Shown here: positions 20,074 to 30,404 of the stretch, in pieces | Layout of the letters: each line of letters starts with the position of its first letter | Position numbering within the stretch: the stretch's first letter is position 1 | Assembly (NCBI GenBank): GCA_964613095.1 | Contig: CAZTFX010000003.1 | Span: 13,538 to 77,537 of the forward strand | DNA: 64,000 bases | Direction: 5' to 3' | From: an uncultured Muribaculaceae bacterium | Lineage (GTDB): Bacteria > Bacteroidota > Bacteroidia > Bacteroidales > Muribaculaceae | Position numbers and translations under genes: made by a program | Notes under the pieces: generated by a model | Database searches by the model: none | Seen by the model: the letters and a program-made list of their open reading frames with translations, nothing else | What the model was told of the DNA's origin: nothing

Positions 20074-23000
20074 ATGCAACCATTTGTTCACCTTCACGTC
20101 CATTCACAATATTCGATACTTGATGGTCAAGCGTCGATTAAAGCCCTTGTAAACAAAGCAAAGGAAAATGGAATGAAAGGTATAGCTTTAACCGATCATG
20201 GTAATATGTTCGGTATTAAAGAATTTCACGACTATTGCAATAAAATAAATGGTGACTTGAACTCCGCGATTAAGCAATTAAACAAACAGGTCAAGGAGTT
20301 GGAACAATCGGAGAATCCTGATTGTGAAAAAATCAATAATTTAAAGAACGAAATAGAAGATAAAAAAGCTCAAAGATTTAAGCCCATTTTCGGCTGTGAA
20401 ATGTATGTAGCCGATAAAACCATGCAGGAACGTACATCAAAAAGTGATACAGGACGACACTTGGTTGTTCTTGCTAAAAACGAAAAAGGATACCACAATC
20501 TCATTAAATTGGTATCTAAAGCTTGGACTGATGGTTTTTATTCGCACCCTCGAACAGATAAAACCAGCCTAAAAGAAAGAAAAGAAGGTCTTATAGTATG
20601 TTCAGCATGTCTTGGTGGAGAAATACCAAAGTTAATTCTCCAAGATAGAATTGATGAAGCAAGAGAGTCGGCTAAATGGTTTAAAGACGTCTTTGGAGAT
20701 GATTTCTATTTAGAACTTCAACGACATAAAGCAACCGTTCCTATAGCTAATCATGAGACTTTTCCTCTTCAAGAAAAAGTTAATGTAATTTTAAAAGAAT
20801 TTTCAGAAGAACTAGGAATAAAGCTAATCTGCTCAAATGATGTCCATTTTGTAAATGAGAGTGATGCTGATGCCCATGACCGACTGATTTGTTTATCTAC
20901 AGGCAAATTCTTGAGTGATGAAAAGCGTATGCTTTATAGTAAACAAGAATGGTTAAAAACTCAGGAAGAAATGAATGAAATTTTCTTTGACTTTCCTGAA
21001 GCATTGTCCAACACTCAAGAAATTCTTAACAAAGTAGAATTTTATTCGATTGATCATGATGCGATTCTTCCAAACTTTCCTCTTCCGGAAGGGTTTACAG
21101 ATAATGATGATTATCTTCGTTATTTAGTATATGAAGGAGCAAAGAAGAGGTGGAATGAACTTGATGAAGAACATATTGAACGTATAGATTTTGAGCTGAA
21201 TACAATCAAAAACATGGGGTTTCCCGGATATTTCTTGATTGTACAGGATTTTATTCAGGCAGCAAGAGATTTAGGAGTATCGGTGGGTCCCGGTCGTGGA
21301 TCGGCTGCAGGATCGGCTGTTGCATATTGTTTGGGAATTACCCAAATCGATCCCATTAAATATGACCTGCTTTTTGAACGTTTCTTGAATCCTGACCGTA
21401 TATCTTTACCCGATATCGATATAGATTTTGATGATGACGGACGTGCAAGTGTGCTTAAATACGTCACTCAAAAATATGGTGAAGAAAAAGTTGCTCATAT
21501 TATAACGTATGGTACGATGGCGGCAAAAATGGCTTTAAAGGATGTTGCCAGAGTTCATCAATTACCAATTCCTGAAAGCGACCGACTTACAAAGATGATT
21601 CCAAGTAAGCCCAATGACATGCCCAATCAGGACAATGGTAAAAAATACGCAATCACGATATCCAATTGTATTAAATGTTTCCCGGAATTTGCGGCTGAAA
21701 AAAACAGTAGTGATCCCAATATTGCTTCTACAATTCAATATGCCGAAGCTCTGGAAGGAAACGTAAGAAGTACCGGTGTACATGCATGTGGAGTCATTAT
21801 AGGTCGTGATGATATTACCGATTGGGTTCCGGTAAGTACAGCACCCGACAAAGACGGTAACAAAATGCTTGTCACACAATATGAAGGTAGTGTTATCGAA
21901 TCAACAGGTCTCATTAAAATGGACTTCTTGGGACTTAAAACATTATCAATCATCAAGGAAGCTCTTTCCAATATCAAAAACACACGGAATATTGATGTTG
22001 ATATTGATAATGCTCCGATTGATGATGCTAAAACATACCAACTATATTGTGAGGGAAGAACTGTAGGTACATTCCAATTTGAATCATCCGGTATGCAAAA
22101 ATATCTTATCGAACTTCAGCCATCAACATTTGAAGACTTGATAGCTATGAATGCATTATACAGACCGGGTCCTATGGATTATATACCTGATTTTATCAAC
22201 CGAAAATTAGGTAGGAAACCCATCGAATATGATATACCGATAATGGAAAAATATCTTAAAGATACCTATGGTATTACGGTATATCAAGAACAAGTCATGC
22301 TTTTATCTCGCCTTTTAGGAAATTTCACACGTGGTGAAAGTGACGCGTTGCGTAAGGCAATGGGTAAAAAATTGCGAGATAAGCTGGATCAAATGAAACC
22401 TAAATTCATTGAAGGAGGGAAAAGCAACGGACATGATCCTAAAATTCTTGAAAAAATATGGCAAGATTGGGAAAAATTTGCTTCCTACGCATTTAATAAA
22501 TCACATGCTACTTGTTATTCATGGGTTGCTTATCAAACAGCCTATTTGAAAGCTAATTATCCGGCAGAATATATGTCAGCAGTCCTTAGCCGAAACTTAA
22601 ACGATATTGAAAAATTATCTAAATTCATGGATGAATGTAAATCCATGAAAATTCCGGTTAAAGGTCCCGACATCAATGAAAGTTATAAAAATTTCAGTGC
22701 CAATAAATCAGGGGAAATACGCTTTGGTCTTGGAGGTATAAAAACAGTAGGAGTAAATGCGGTTGAAGCAATCATCAGTGAACGAAAAGAAAACGGTCCA
22801 TACAAATCGATTTATGATTTTGTGGAACGAGTAAATTTATCTTCATGTAACCGCCGTACTATTGAAGCATTGGCTCTTGCCGGATGTTTTGATAGTTTTA
22901 GTGAAATTTCGAGAGAAGACTTTTTCGAAAGAAACAGCAAAGATGAAACATTCCTTGAAGTCTTAACCAAATATGGAGCTCGCTTCCAAGAAGATAAGAA

Positions 23001-23733
23001 CAATCAAGCTACGTCACTTTTTGGATGTATGGAAGAAAACGTGGTTTTCACATCAAAGCCACCTATTCCAAAATCGGGAAAATGGTCAAACATTACAAAA
23101 CTTGACAAAGAACGAGAGTATGTAGGTATGTATCTTTCTGCCCACCCACTAGATCCATTTTACATGGAATTAGAATATGGGTGTAATGTTAAATTGAAAG
23201 ATATTAAAGATATGGGCAATGAAGTCGATAAAGAATTTACATTTGGTGGACTTGTTGTTGACTTCACAGAACGACCTACCAAAACAGGAAGCCAATTCGG
23301 AATAATGAAAATAGAAGACTACTCGGGAAGTTACGAGATAAGACTTTTTAAAGATAAATTAATGACATATCGTAAATATGGAGTAGTTGGGACACCGATT
23401 ATAGCAAAAGGTATGTATCAAAAACGAAAATATAATGATACTATTGATTTTAATCTCACTGGAATGGATTTACTTGAAAATGTAAAAGGAACTCTTCTAA
23501 ATAGTATCACAATAAATATTCCTACTAACAGACTTACAGAGGCAGAAGTCCTCCCAATAAAATCTTATATGTCATCATCAACACAAAATAGAGGTGATTT
23601 ATTTTTCAATGTTCATGATGAATCAAGTGATAAAAGTGTTCTTCTCCATTCTAGAAATAAACTACCTATTACACGAGAATTTATTGATTATTTAAAAGAA
23701 CAAGAACTAGAATTTGATATAAATAAAAATTAA
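20074..23733 (+). CDS. dnaE: DNA polymerase III subunit alpha
   Basis: 1219 aa with the PHP domain FVHLHVHSQYSILDG, the palm PDIDIDF, and the fingers/OB regions. Confidence 0.97.
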   Translation: MQPFVHLHVHSQYSILDGQASIKALVNKAKENGMKGIALTDHGNMFGIKEFHDYCNKINGDLNSAIKQLNKQVKELEQSENPDCEKINNLKNEIEDKKAQRFKPIFGCEMYVADKTMQERTSKSDTGRHLVVLAKNEKGYHNLIKLVSKAWTDGFYSHPRTDKTSLKERKEGLIVCSACLGGEIPKLILQDRIDEARESAKWFKDVFGDDFYLELQRHKATVPIANHETFPLQEKVNVILKEFSEELGIKLICSNDVHFVNESDADAHDRLICLSTGKFLSDEKRMLYSKQEWLKTQEEMNEIFFDFPEALSNTQEILNKVEFYSIDHDAILPNFPLPEGFTDNDDYLRYLVYEGAKKRWNELDEEHIERIDFELNTIKNMGFPGYFLIVQDFIQAARDLGVSVGPGRGSAAGSAVAYCLGITQIDPIKYDLLFERFLNPDRISLPDIDIDFDDDGRASVLKYVTQKYGEEKVAHIITYGTMAAKMALKDVARVHQLPIPESDRLTKMIPSKPNDMPNQDNGKKYAITISNCIKCFPEFAAEKNSSDPNIASTIQYAEALEGNVRSTGVHACGVIIGRDDITDWVPVSTAPDKDGNKMLVTQYEGSVIESTGLIKMDFLGLKTLSIIKEALSNIKNTRNIDVDIDNAPIDDAKTYQLYCEGRTVGTFQFESSGMQKYLIELQPSTFEDLIAMNALYRPGPMDYIPDFINRKLGRKPIEYDIPIMEKYLKDTYGITVYQEQVMLLSRLLGNFTRGESDALRKAMGKKLRDKLDQMKPKFIEGGKSNGHDPKILEKIWQDWEKFASYAFNKSHATCYSWVAYQTAYLKANYPAEYMSAVLSRNLNDIEKLSKFMDECKSMKIPVKGPDINESYKNFSANKSGEIRFGLGGIKTVGVNAVEAIISERKENGPYKSIYDFVERVNLSSCNRRTIEALALAGCFDSFSEISREDFFERNSKDETFLEVLTKYGARFQEDKNNQATSLFGCMEENVVFTSKPPIPKSGKWSNITKLDKEREYVGMYLSAHPLDPFYMELEYGCNVKLKDIKDMGNEVDKEFTFGGLVVDFTERPTKTGSQFGIMKIEDYSGSYEIRLFKDKLMTYRKYGVVGTPIIAKGMYQKRKYNDTIDFNLTGMDLLENVKGTLLNSITINIPTNRLTEAEVLPIKSYMSSSTQNRGDLFFNVHDESSDKSVLLHSRNKLPITREFIDYLKEQELEFDINKN

Positions 23734-23765
23734 AATCATTATAAACTCATTAAAATTTAAATATT

Positions 23766-24080
23766 ATGGCTTATACATTCACCGACGAAAATGCAAAAGC
23801 TGAAATCGAATCAGGCAAACCTGTTGTTATCGATTTCTGGGCAGAATGGTGCGGACCTTGTAAAAGAATTGCACCTATTATTGACGAATTGGCAGGAGAG
23901 TACGAAGGTAAAGTTTTAATCGGAAAATATAATGTAGATGATTATTCCGATTTAAGTACAGATTATAGTATTCGTAATATTCCTACAATTTTATTCTTCA
24001 AAGACGGAGAACTTAAAGAACGTAGCGTAGGTTCTATTAAGAAAGATGATCTTGAAGCAAAGATAAAAGCATTGATATAA
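23766..24080 (+). CDS. trxA: thioredoxin
   Basis: 104 aa with the WAEWCGPCK active site. Confidence 0.95.
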   Translation: MAYTFTDENAKAEIESGKPVVIDFWAEWCGPCKRIAPIIDELAGEYEGKVLIGKYNVDDYSDLSTDYSIRNIPTILFFKDGELKERSVGSIKKDDLEAKIKALI

Positions 24081-24221
24081 TTCAATTAAAATAATGGTGG
24101 TGAATTAGTTGAATATTTACCACTATTATTTTATTATTACGATAAAAAGTCTTAATTTTGCACAAAAGACTAAGTCTAAATAGTATAAATATCTAAAAAT
24201 AGTATAATAGGAAATAGGATA

Positions 24222-25268
24222 ATGACAATTGAATTAACTAAATATGAATCACTTAAAGGCACTATAAATATCTATAAACTGACTAATAAGAATGGCGCAA
24301 TTGTTGAATTATCAAGTATTGGAGCCGGAATTATATCTATTTCTGTACCAGATTGTAACGGTGTTTTTAATGATGTTGTATTAGGTTATAACAACATAAA
24401 AGATTATTTCTACGATGGTCCCTGCGCGGGAAAAACTGCAGGTAGATATGCAAATCGTATCGCTAACGGTCATCTTGTTATTAATGGAAAAACATATAAA
24501 TTAAAAACAAATTGTGGTCCCAATTCACTACATGGTGGTCCCGAAGGTTTTCAAAATCAAAATTGGAATTCAGAAATTATAGATAACAAGGTTGTTTTTT
24601 CATATTTAAGCAAAAACGGAGAGGAAAACTTTCCCGGTAACGTGATAATAAATGTTACTTATGAATGGACCGATAATAATACTCTTATCATAAATTATCA
24701 TGCAACAACCGATGAAGATACGGTACTGAATTTAACCAACCACACATATTTCAATTTAAAAGGTTATGGTAAGGGTAATATCTTCGACCACATTTTAAAA
24801 TTAAATTGTAAAAACTATCTTCCTACTGATAATACATTAGTTCCCATAGGAGATTTTGCTCCGGTAGAAGGAACTCCGATGGATTTCACACAAGGAAAAC
24901 CTTTAGGGCAAGACATCAACAATGATTTCCAAGCACTCAAAACAGGTAAAGGATATGATCATTGTTGGTTGGTTGATAATTATGAGAATGGGGAACTCAA
25001 AAAAATAGCAATATTAACCGAACCAACAAGTGGCAGAGAATTACATATATCCAGCACTCAAGTAGGGGTTCAAGTTTATACAGGAAATTGGTTAAATGAC
25101 AGCCCATTAGGCAAAAACGGCAATAAACATTATGATTATTGTGCCGTTGCTATTGAATGTCAAGGTTTACCGGATGCCCCAAACAAACCGCAATTTCCAT
25201 CACAGGAATTAAAACCGGGAGAAACATATAAACAAGTAATCGAATATTCTTTTAAAACAACAAAATAA
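24222..25268 (+). CDS. galM: aldose 1-epimerase (galactose mutarotase)
   Basis: 348 aa with GRYANRI, LHGG and NLTNHTYFNL motifs. Confidence 0.85.
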   Translation: MTIELTKYESLKGTINIYKLTNKNGAIVELSSIGAGIISISVPDCNGVFNDVVLGYNNIKDYFYDGPCAGKTAGRYANRIANGHLVINGKTYKLKTNCGPNSLHGGPEGFQNQNWNSEIIDNKVVFSYLSKNGEENFPGNVIINVTYEWTDNNTLIINYHATTDEDTVLNLTNHTYFNLKGYGKGNIFDHILKLNCKNYLPTDNTLVPIGDFAPVEGTPMDFTQGKPLGQDINNDFQALKTGKGYDHCWLVDNYENGELKKIAILTEPTSGRELHISSTQVGVQVYTGNWLNDSPLGKNGNKHYDYCAVAIECQGLPDAPNKPQFPSQELKPGETYKQVIEYSFKTTK

Positions 25269-25269
25269 C

Positions 25270-26181
25270 ATGAAACCGACATTATTATTATTAGCTGCCG
25301 GTATGGGCAGTCGCTACGGAGGATTAAAGCAACTTGATGGGGTAGGACCTAATGGAGAAACCATTATGGATTACTCAATTTACGATGCGATACAAGCAGG
25401 TTTTGGAAAAGCCGTGTTTGTCATAAGAAAAGATTTTGAAGATGAATTCCGCAAGAAAATTTTATCAAAATATGAAAATAAAATTGAAACCGAATTGGTG
25501 TTTCAATCATTAGATGCTCTTCCGGAAGGATTTAAATGCCCGGTCGACAGAGTTAAGCCTTGGGGAACTAACCATGCTGTAATGATGGGAGCCAATGTCA
25601 TAAATGAACCTTTTTGCGTAATCAACTGCGACGATTTCTATAATCGAGATTCATTTTTGGTAATCGGAAATTATTTGGCTAATTTGAAAGAATCGTCAAA
25701 AGGGGTATATGCTATGGTGGGATTTCATGTGTGCAATACACTTTCTGAAAACGGAACCGTTGCACGAGGAGTTTGTAGCAAAAACGAAAACGATTTTCTA
25801 ACAAAAGTAGTAGAACGTACCGAGATAAAACGTCATAACGGTAAAGTATGCTATAACGATGGAAACAATAATTGGATTGAATTAGAAGAAAATTGTCCTG
25901 TATCCATGAATATGTGGGGATTCACTCCTGATTATTTCACTTATAGCAATAATTACTTTCGTGATTTCTTAAGTAAACCTGAAAACCTTAATAATCCCAA
26001 AAGTGAATTTTATATACCAACCATGGTAGACCACCTAATAAACAACAAACAGGCAACCGTAAAGGTACTTGACACTCCGGCAAAATGGTTTGGCGTCACT
26101 TATGCCGAAGATCGCCAAAGTGTGGTTGAACGTATAAAAGCTCTAATTGCAGCAGGTGAATATCCCGATAAATTATTTTAA
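25270..26181 (+). CDS. sugar-phosphate nucleotidyltransferase family protein
   Basis: LLAAGMGSRYGGLKQL (GxGxR NTP-transferase loop); 303 aa. Substrate not assignable. Confidence 0.65.
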   Translation: MKPTLLLLAAGMGSRYGGLKQLDGVGPNGETIMDYSIYDAIQAGFGKAVFVIRKDFEDEFRKKILSKYENKIETELVFQSLDALPEGFKCPVDRVKPWGTNHAVMMGANVINEPFCVINCDDFYNRDSFLVIGNYLANLKESSKGVYAMVGFHVCNTLSENGTVARGVCSKNENDFLTKVVERTEIKRHNGKVCYNDGNNNWIELEENCPVSMNMWGFTPDYFTYSNNYFRDFLSKPENLNNPKSEFYIPTMVDHLINNKQATVKVLDTPAKWFGVTYAEDRQSVVERIKALIAAGEYPDKLF

Positions 26182-26204
26182 ATTTAAATCAATAAATTAT
26201 TATC

Positions 26205-26239
26205 AAGAGACTATTTTCTTTGAAAGTAGTCTCTTTTTT
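26205..26239 (+). terminator. intrinsic terminator
   Basis: aagagactattttc / gaaagtagtctctt stem (about 14 bp with one wobble) followed by tttttt. Confidence 0.8.
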
Positions 26240-26295
26240 CTTCGTTATTTTTGTCTGATAAGCATTATTTACAACCTATTAAAATATATTTGATT

Positions 26296-27225
26296 ATGAC
26301 TAAAAAGACTTTTAAAGAAATTACAACAGAGTGGAAAATAATGAAGAAAGGATATGTAAAGAAATCCACCTATTCTGCTTACTCTCTTATCATTGAGAAT
26401 CATTTACTTCCTGCATTTGCCGAAAGTGTTGTTATTAATGAAAATGATGTCCAAAACTTTGTGTTATCAAAATTCAACTCAGGTTTAAGTACTAAATCTA
26501 TAAAAGATATGCTTGTTGTTTTCAAAATGATATTGAAATTTGGAAGTAAACAAGGTTTATGTAACGCATATACTTGGGATATTACTCTTCCTACATGTAG
26601 AAAACAGGAAGAAGTCGCCGTATTCAATATTGAAACCCAAAAGAAAATCATGGATTATATTAAAAATAATTTCACCTTTAAAAATTTTGGTATATACCTA
26701 TGTTTATCCACTGGATTAAGAATTGGAGAAGTGTGTGCATTACAATGGAAAGACGTAGATCTAAAGACCGGACTTATTACAGTAAATAAAACTCTAAACA
26801 GAATATATGTTGTTGATGATATTATCGGTAGACACACAGAATTAATAATAGATACACCCAAAACACAAAATTCAATCCGTGATATACCGATGTCAAACGA
26901 AATACTCAAAATGCTTAAGACCATCAAAAAAATAGTAAATCAGGACTATTATATTCTAACCAACGAATCCTATCCATTAGAACCACGAACCTACAGAAGT
27001 TATTACAGCAAATTACTTGGAAATTTAAAAATCCCCAAACTAAAATTTCACGGACTAAGACATAGTTTTGCAACGAGATGTATTGAAAGTAATTGTGACT
27101 ACAAGACTGTAAGCGTATTATTGGGACATTCCAATATCAGTACAACTTTAAATCTTTATGTTCATCCAAATCTTGAACAAAAAAAGAGATGTATTAATAA
27201 AATGTTCAAATCACTACACAAATAA
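26296..27225 (+). CDS. tyrosine-type site-specific recombinase/integrase (orphan)
   Basis: The catalytic set is intact: ..TGLRIGEVCAL (Arg I), KFHGLRHSFAT (HxxR), LLGHSNISTTLNLYVH (His/Tyr). An N-terminal SAM-like core-binding domain is present. ATG at 26296 (MTKKTF). Confidence 0.85.
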   Translation: MTKKTFKEITTEWKIMKKGYVKKSTYSAYSLIIENHLLPAFAESVVINENDVQNFVLSKFNSGLSTKSIKDMLVVFKMILKFGSKQGLCNAYTWDITLPTCRKQEEVAVFNIETQKKIMDYIKNNFTFKNFGIYLCLSTGLRIGEVCALQWKDVDLKTGLITVNKTLNRIYVVDDIIGRHTELIIDTPKTQNSIRDIPMSNEILKMLKTIKKIVNQDYYILTNESYPLEPRTYRSYYSKLLGNLKIPKLKFHGLRHSFATRCIESNCDYKTVSVLLGHSNISTTLNLYVHPNLEQKKRCINKMFKSLHK

Positions 27226-27283
27226 CCAACAATTGTAAAACTATAATAACTTCTAAAAAATAATATGCTAAAATTTGAGGAAT

Positions 27284-27310
27284 CAATACAAATAACCTAT
27301 CTTTGTATTG
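27284..27310 (+). promoter_or_regulatory. 9-N9-9 perfect dyad overlapping a TAnnTTTG -7 box upstream of the fur-family gene
   Basis: caatacaaa (27284-27292) and tttgtattg (27302-27310) are exact reverse complements. TATCTTTG at 27298-27305 matches the Bacteroidetes -7 consensus, 24 nt before ATG 27330. Confidence 0.4.
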
Positions 27311-27329
27311 TCTCAAAATATATTTTATA

Positions 27330-27803
27330 ATGATTGAAGATAAAGCAAAAATCTCGGCACGCAACAAGTTCACTCTTTACTTAAAGAGTAAACAATTGCG
27401 TAAAACTCCGGAACGTTTTGCAATACTTAATAAGATTTTTTCACTTAAAGAGCATTTTGATGTAGAGTCTTTATATTGTATGCTTGAAAACGATTCATAC
27501 CATGTGAGTCGTGCAACTATATATAATACAATAGACCTATTGATGGACTGTGAATTAGTAAGACGTCATAGTTTTGATAATCAACAATCAAAATATGAAA
27601 AGGTCGTTATGACATCGGTAAATCATCAACATCTCATATGCTCGGAATGTGGTAAAATTAAAGAAGTAACGGATAATGAATTTTCAGCATTTATGAATGC
27701 TCGAAAATATACAGCTTTTACAACCAACTATTTTCAATTATATGTATATGGAATTTGCAATAATTGTGCAAGAAAGAAAAAACGAAAAGCGAAAGAAAAA
27801 TAA
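27330..27803 (+). CDS. Fur family transcriptional regulator
   Basis: About 157 aa with a winged-helix N-terminus (..TPERFAIL..HVSRATIYNT) and two CxxC pairs (CSECG, CNNC). Confidence 0.8.
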   Translation: MIEDKAKISARNKFTLYLKSKQLRKTPERFAILNKIFSLKEHFDVESLYCMLENDSYHVSRATIYNTIDLLMDCELVRRHSFDNQQSKYEKVVMTSVNHQHLICSECGKIKEVTDNEFSAFMNARKYTAFTTNYFQLYVYGICNNCARKKKRKAKEK

Positions 27804-27833
27804 TAAAATAACAAAATAAATAACTATTTCAGT

Positions 27834-29105
27834 ATGAAAGTAGATGTTCTTTTAGGACTACAATGGGGTGACGAAGGTAAGGGTAAGGTCGTTGATGTTC
27901 TTACTCCACAGTATGATATCGTAGCAAGATTTCAAGGAGGTCCCAATGCCGGTCATACATTGGAATTTGAAGGTAAAAAGTACGTTTTACGTTCTATTCC
28001 ATCCGGAATATTCCAACATGGACAATTAAATATCATAGGTAATGGAGTGGTTCTAGATCCAATTTTATTTAAAGGTGAAGCACAAGACCTTGAAAAAAGT
28101 GGAATTGACATAAAAAACGTGCTTAAAATATCAAAGAAAACTCATCTTATATTACCTACACACCGATTGCTTGACGCAGCATACGAAACACTAAAGGGTG
28201 CAGCAAAAATTGGAACAACCGGAAAAGGAATCGGTCCAACATATACCGACAAAGTTAGTCGTGACGGTTTAAGACTGGGTGAATGCTTAGGTTCAACTTT
28301 CAAAAACAAATATGAGGCAGCCAAAAGCCGTCACATACGTCTTTTAAAGGCTGTTACAGGAGAAGAACCTAACATTGAAGAACTCGAAAAGCAATGGTTT
28401 GAAGCTATTGATTACATTAAGCAATTTGATTTAATTGATAGCGAATTTGTTATTAACAAGAGTCTAGCAGAAGGAATGTCTGTACTATGCGAAGGAGCAC
28501 AAGGCAGTTTACTTGATGTTGATTTTGGGTCTTATCCTTTTGTAACATCATCTAACACTATATGCGCAGGTGCATGCGCCGGTTTAGGAGTAGCACCGAA
28601 TAAGATAGGAGAAGTATATGGTATATTTAAAGCTTATTGTACAAGAGTGGGAAGTGGTCCTTTCCCGACAGAATTATTTGATGAAACAGGTGCTACAATT
28701 AGAGCCATAGGTCATGAATACGGAGCTGTAACCGGTCGTGAACGTAGATGTGGTTGGATTGATCTTGTAGCATTACGTTATACCATTATGTTGAATGGTG
28801 TTACACAATTAATCATGATGAAAAGTGACGTACTTGATAACTTTGAAGAAATTCGTGTATGTAACTCATATAAAATCAATGGAATAGAAACAAAAGATTT
28901 TCCATATTCTATTGAAGATGGAATAGAACCGGTATATACAACTCTGCCGGGTTGGAAAACCGATATGACCAAGTTTAAATCCGAAGAGGAATTTCCACTT
29001 GAATTCAAGAATTACATCAAATATCTTGAAACAGAACTAAATGTTCCTATCAGTATCGTTTCTGTAGGACCGGACAGAGAACAAACCATCATTCGCAAGA
29101 AATAA
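27834..29105 (+). CDS. purA: adenylosuccinate synthase
   Basis: QWGDEGKGK P-loop, GTTGKGIGP and GAVTGRERRCGW motifs. Confidence 0.96.
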   Translation: MKVDVLLGLQWGDEGKGKVVDVLTPQYDIVARFQGGPNAGHTLEFEGKKYVLRSIPSGIFQHGQLNIIGNGVVLDPILFKGEAQDLEKSGIDIKNVLKISKKTHLILPTHRLLDAAYETLKGAAKIGTTGKGIGPTYTDKVSRDGLRLGECLGSTFKNKYEAAKSRHIRLLKAVTGEEPNIEELEKQWFEAIDYIKQFDLIDSEFVINKSLAEGMSVLCEGAQGSLLDVDFGSYPFVTSSNTICAGACAGLGVAPNKIGEVYGIFKAYCTRVGSGPFPTELFDETGATIRAIGHEYGAVTGRERRCGWIDLVALRYTIMLNGVTQLIMMKSDVLDNFEEIRVCNSYKINGIETKDFPYSIEDGIEPVYTTLPGWKTDMTKFKSEEEFPLEFKNYIKYLETELNVPISIVSVGPDREQTIIRKK

Positions 29106-29107
29106 TT

Positions 29108-30355
29108 ATGGCACGTATAAAACCATTTAAAGGACTTCGTCCTCCTAAAGAAATCGTAACACAAGTAGCTTCACGCCCTTATGATGTACTGAATTCAGAA
29201 GAGGCCAGAACTGAAGCATTAGGAAACGAAAAATCCCTTTATCATATCATCAAGCCCGAAATAGATTTTGAAATTGGAACAGATGAACATGCTCCTTGTG
29301 TATATGATAAGGCTGTTGAAAATTTTCACATGTTTCAAGAGAAGGGTTGGCTAGTTCAAGATACAAAAGAGTATTATTACATTTATGCTCAAACCATGAA
29401 TGAACGTACACAATATGGATTTGTTATTGCTGCCAACGTTGATGATTACATGGAAGGACGTATCAAAAAACATGAATTAACCAGGCGAGATAAAGAAGAA
29501 GATAGAATGAAACATGTGCGGATAAATAACGCTAATGTTGAACCTGTTTTTTTTGCATTTCCCGATAATGCAGAACTTAATACAATCATTAACACAGTCA
29601 CTCAAGTAACGCCTGAATATGATTTTGTTTCGGAAGACGGATTTGGACATCATTTTTGGGTTATTGAAGATGATAGCTTAATTGAAAAAATAACACAAAT
29701 ATTTGCACAGATACCTTCTTTATATATTGCAGATGGTCATCACCGTAGTGCAGCAGCCGCCTTAGTTGGACATGAAAAAGCTCTTGCTAATCCTAATCAT
29801 ACTGGTAATGAAGAATATAATTTCTTTTTAGCAGTAGCTTTTCCTGCTTCGCATTTAAATATTATTGATTACAACCGTGTAGTAAAAGATCTAAACGGTT
29901 TAAATGAAGAAGAATTTCTTACACTATTAAGCAAGAATTTTGATGTAGAAGAAAAAGGAGAAAATATTTATAAACCAATAAAATTACATAACTTCTCACT
30001 CTATTTAGGGACGAAATGGTATTCATTGACTGCAAAAAAAGGTACATATAATGATAATGACCCGATTGGGGTTTTAGATGTTACCATTTCATCAGACCTA
30101 ATTCTTCGAGATATATTGAATATTCATGATTTACGTAGTGACAAACGTATTGATTTTGTTGGTGGAATTAGAGGGCTAGGGGAGTTGAAGAAACGAGTAG
30201 ATAGTGGTGAAATGGCTATGGCTCTTGCCTTATATCCGGTAAGTATGAAACAACTTATTGACATTGCTGATACCGGTAACATTATGCCTCCAAAAACCAC
30301 TTGGTTTGAACCAAAACTTCGTTCCGGTCTTGTTATTCACAAATTAGAAGATTAA
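29108..30355 (+). CDS. DUF1015 domain-containing protein
   Basis: MARIKPFKGLRP...RPYDVL N-terminus and ADGHHR motif; 415 aa. Confidence 0.75.
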   Translation: MARIKPFKGLRPPKEIVTQVASRPYDVLNSEEARTEALGNEKSLYHIIKPEIDFEIGTDEHAPCVYDKAVENFHMFQEKGWLVQDTKEYYYIYAQTMNERTQYGFVIAANVDDYMEGRIKKHELTRRDKEEDRMKHVRINNANVEPVFFAFPDNAELNTIINTVTQVTPEYDFVSEDGFGHHFWVIEDDSLIEKITQIFAQIPSLYIADGHHRSAAAALVGHEKALANPNHTGNEEYNFFLAVAFPASHLNIIDYNRVVKDLNGLNEEEFLTLLSKNFDVEEKGENIYKPIKLHNFSLYLGTKWYSLTAKKGTYNDNDPIGVLDVTISSDLILRDILNIHDLRSDKRIDFVGGIRGLGELKKRVDSGEMAMALALYPVSMKQLIDIADTGNIMPPKTTWFEPKLRSGLVIHKLED

Positions 30356-30356
30356 T

Positions 30357-30396
30357 AAAAAGAGGAAAATTTCGTTATGAAATTTTCCTCTTTTTA
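30357..30396. terminator. bidirectional intrinsic terminator
   Basis: 13-bp perfect stem agaggaaaatttc (30361-30373) / gaaattttcctct (30379-30391), with an A-run before it and a T-run after. Confidence 0.85.
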
Positions 30397-30404
30397 TTAA
30401 GTAT

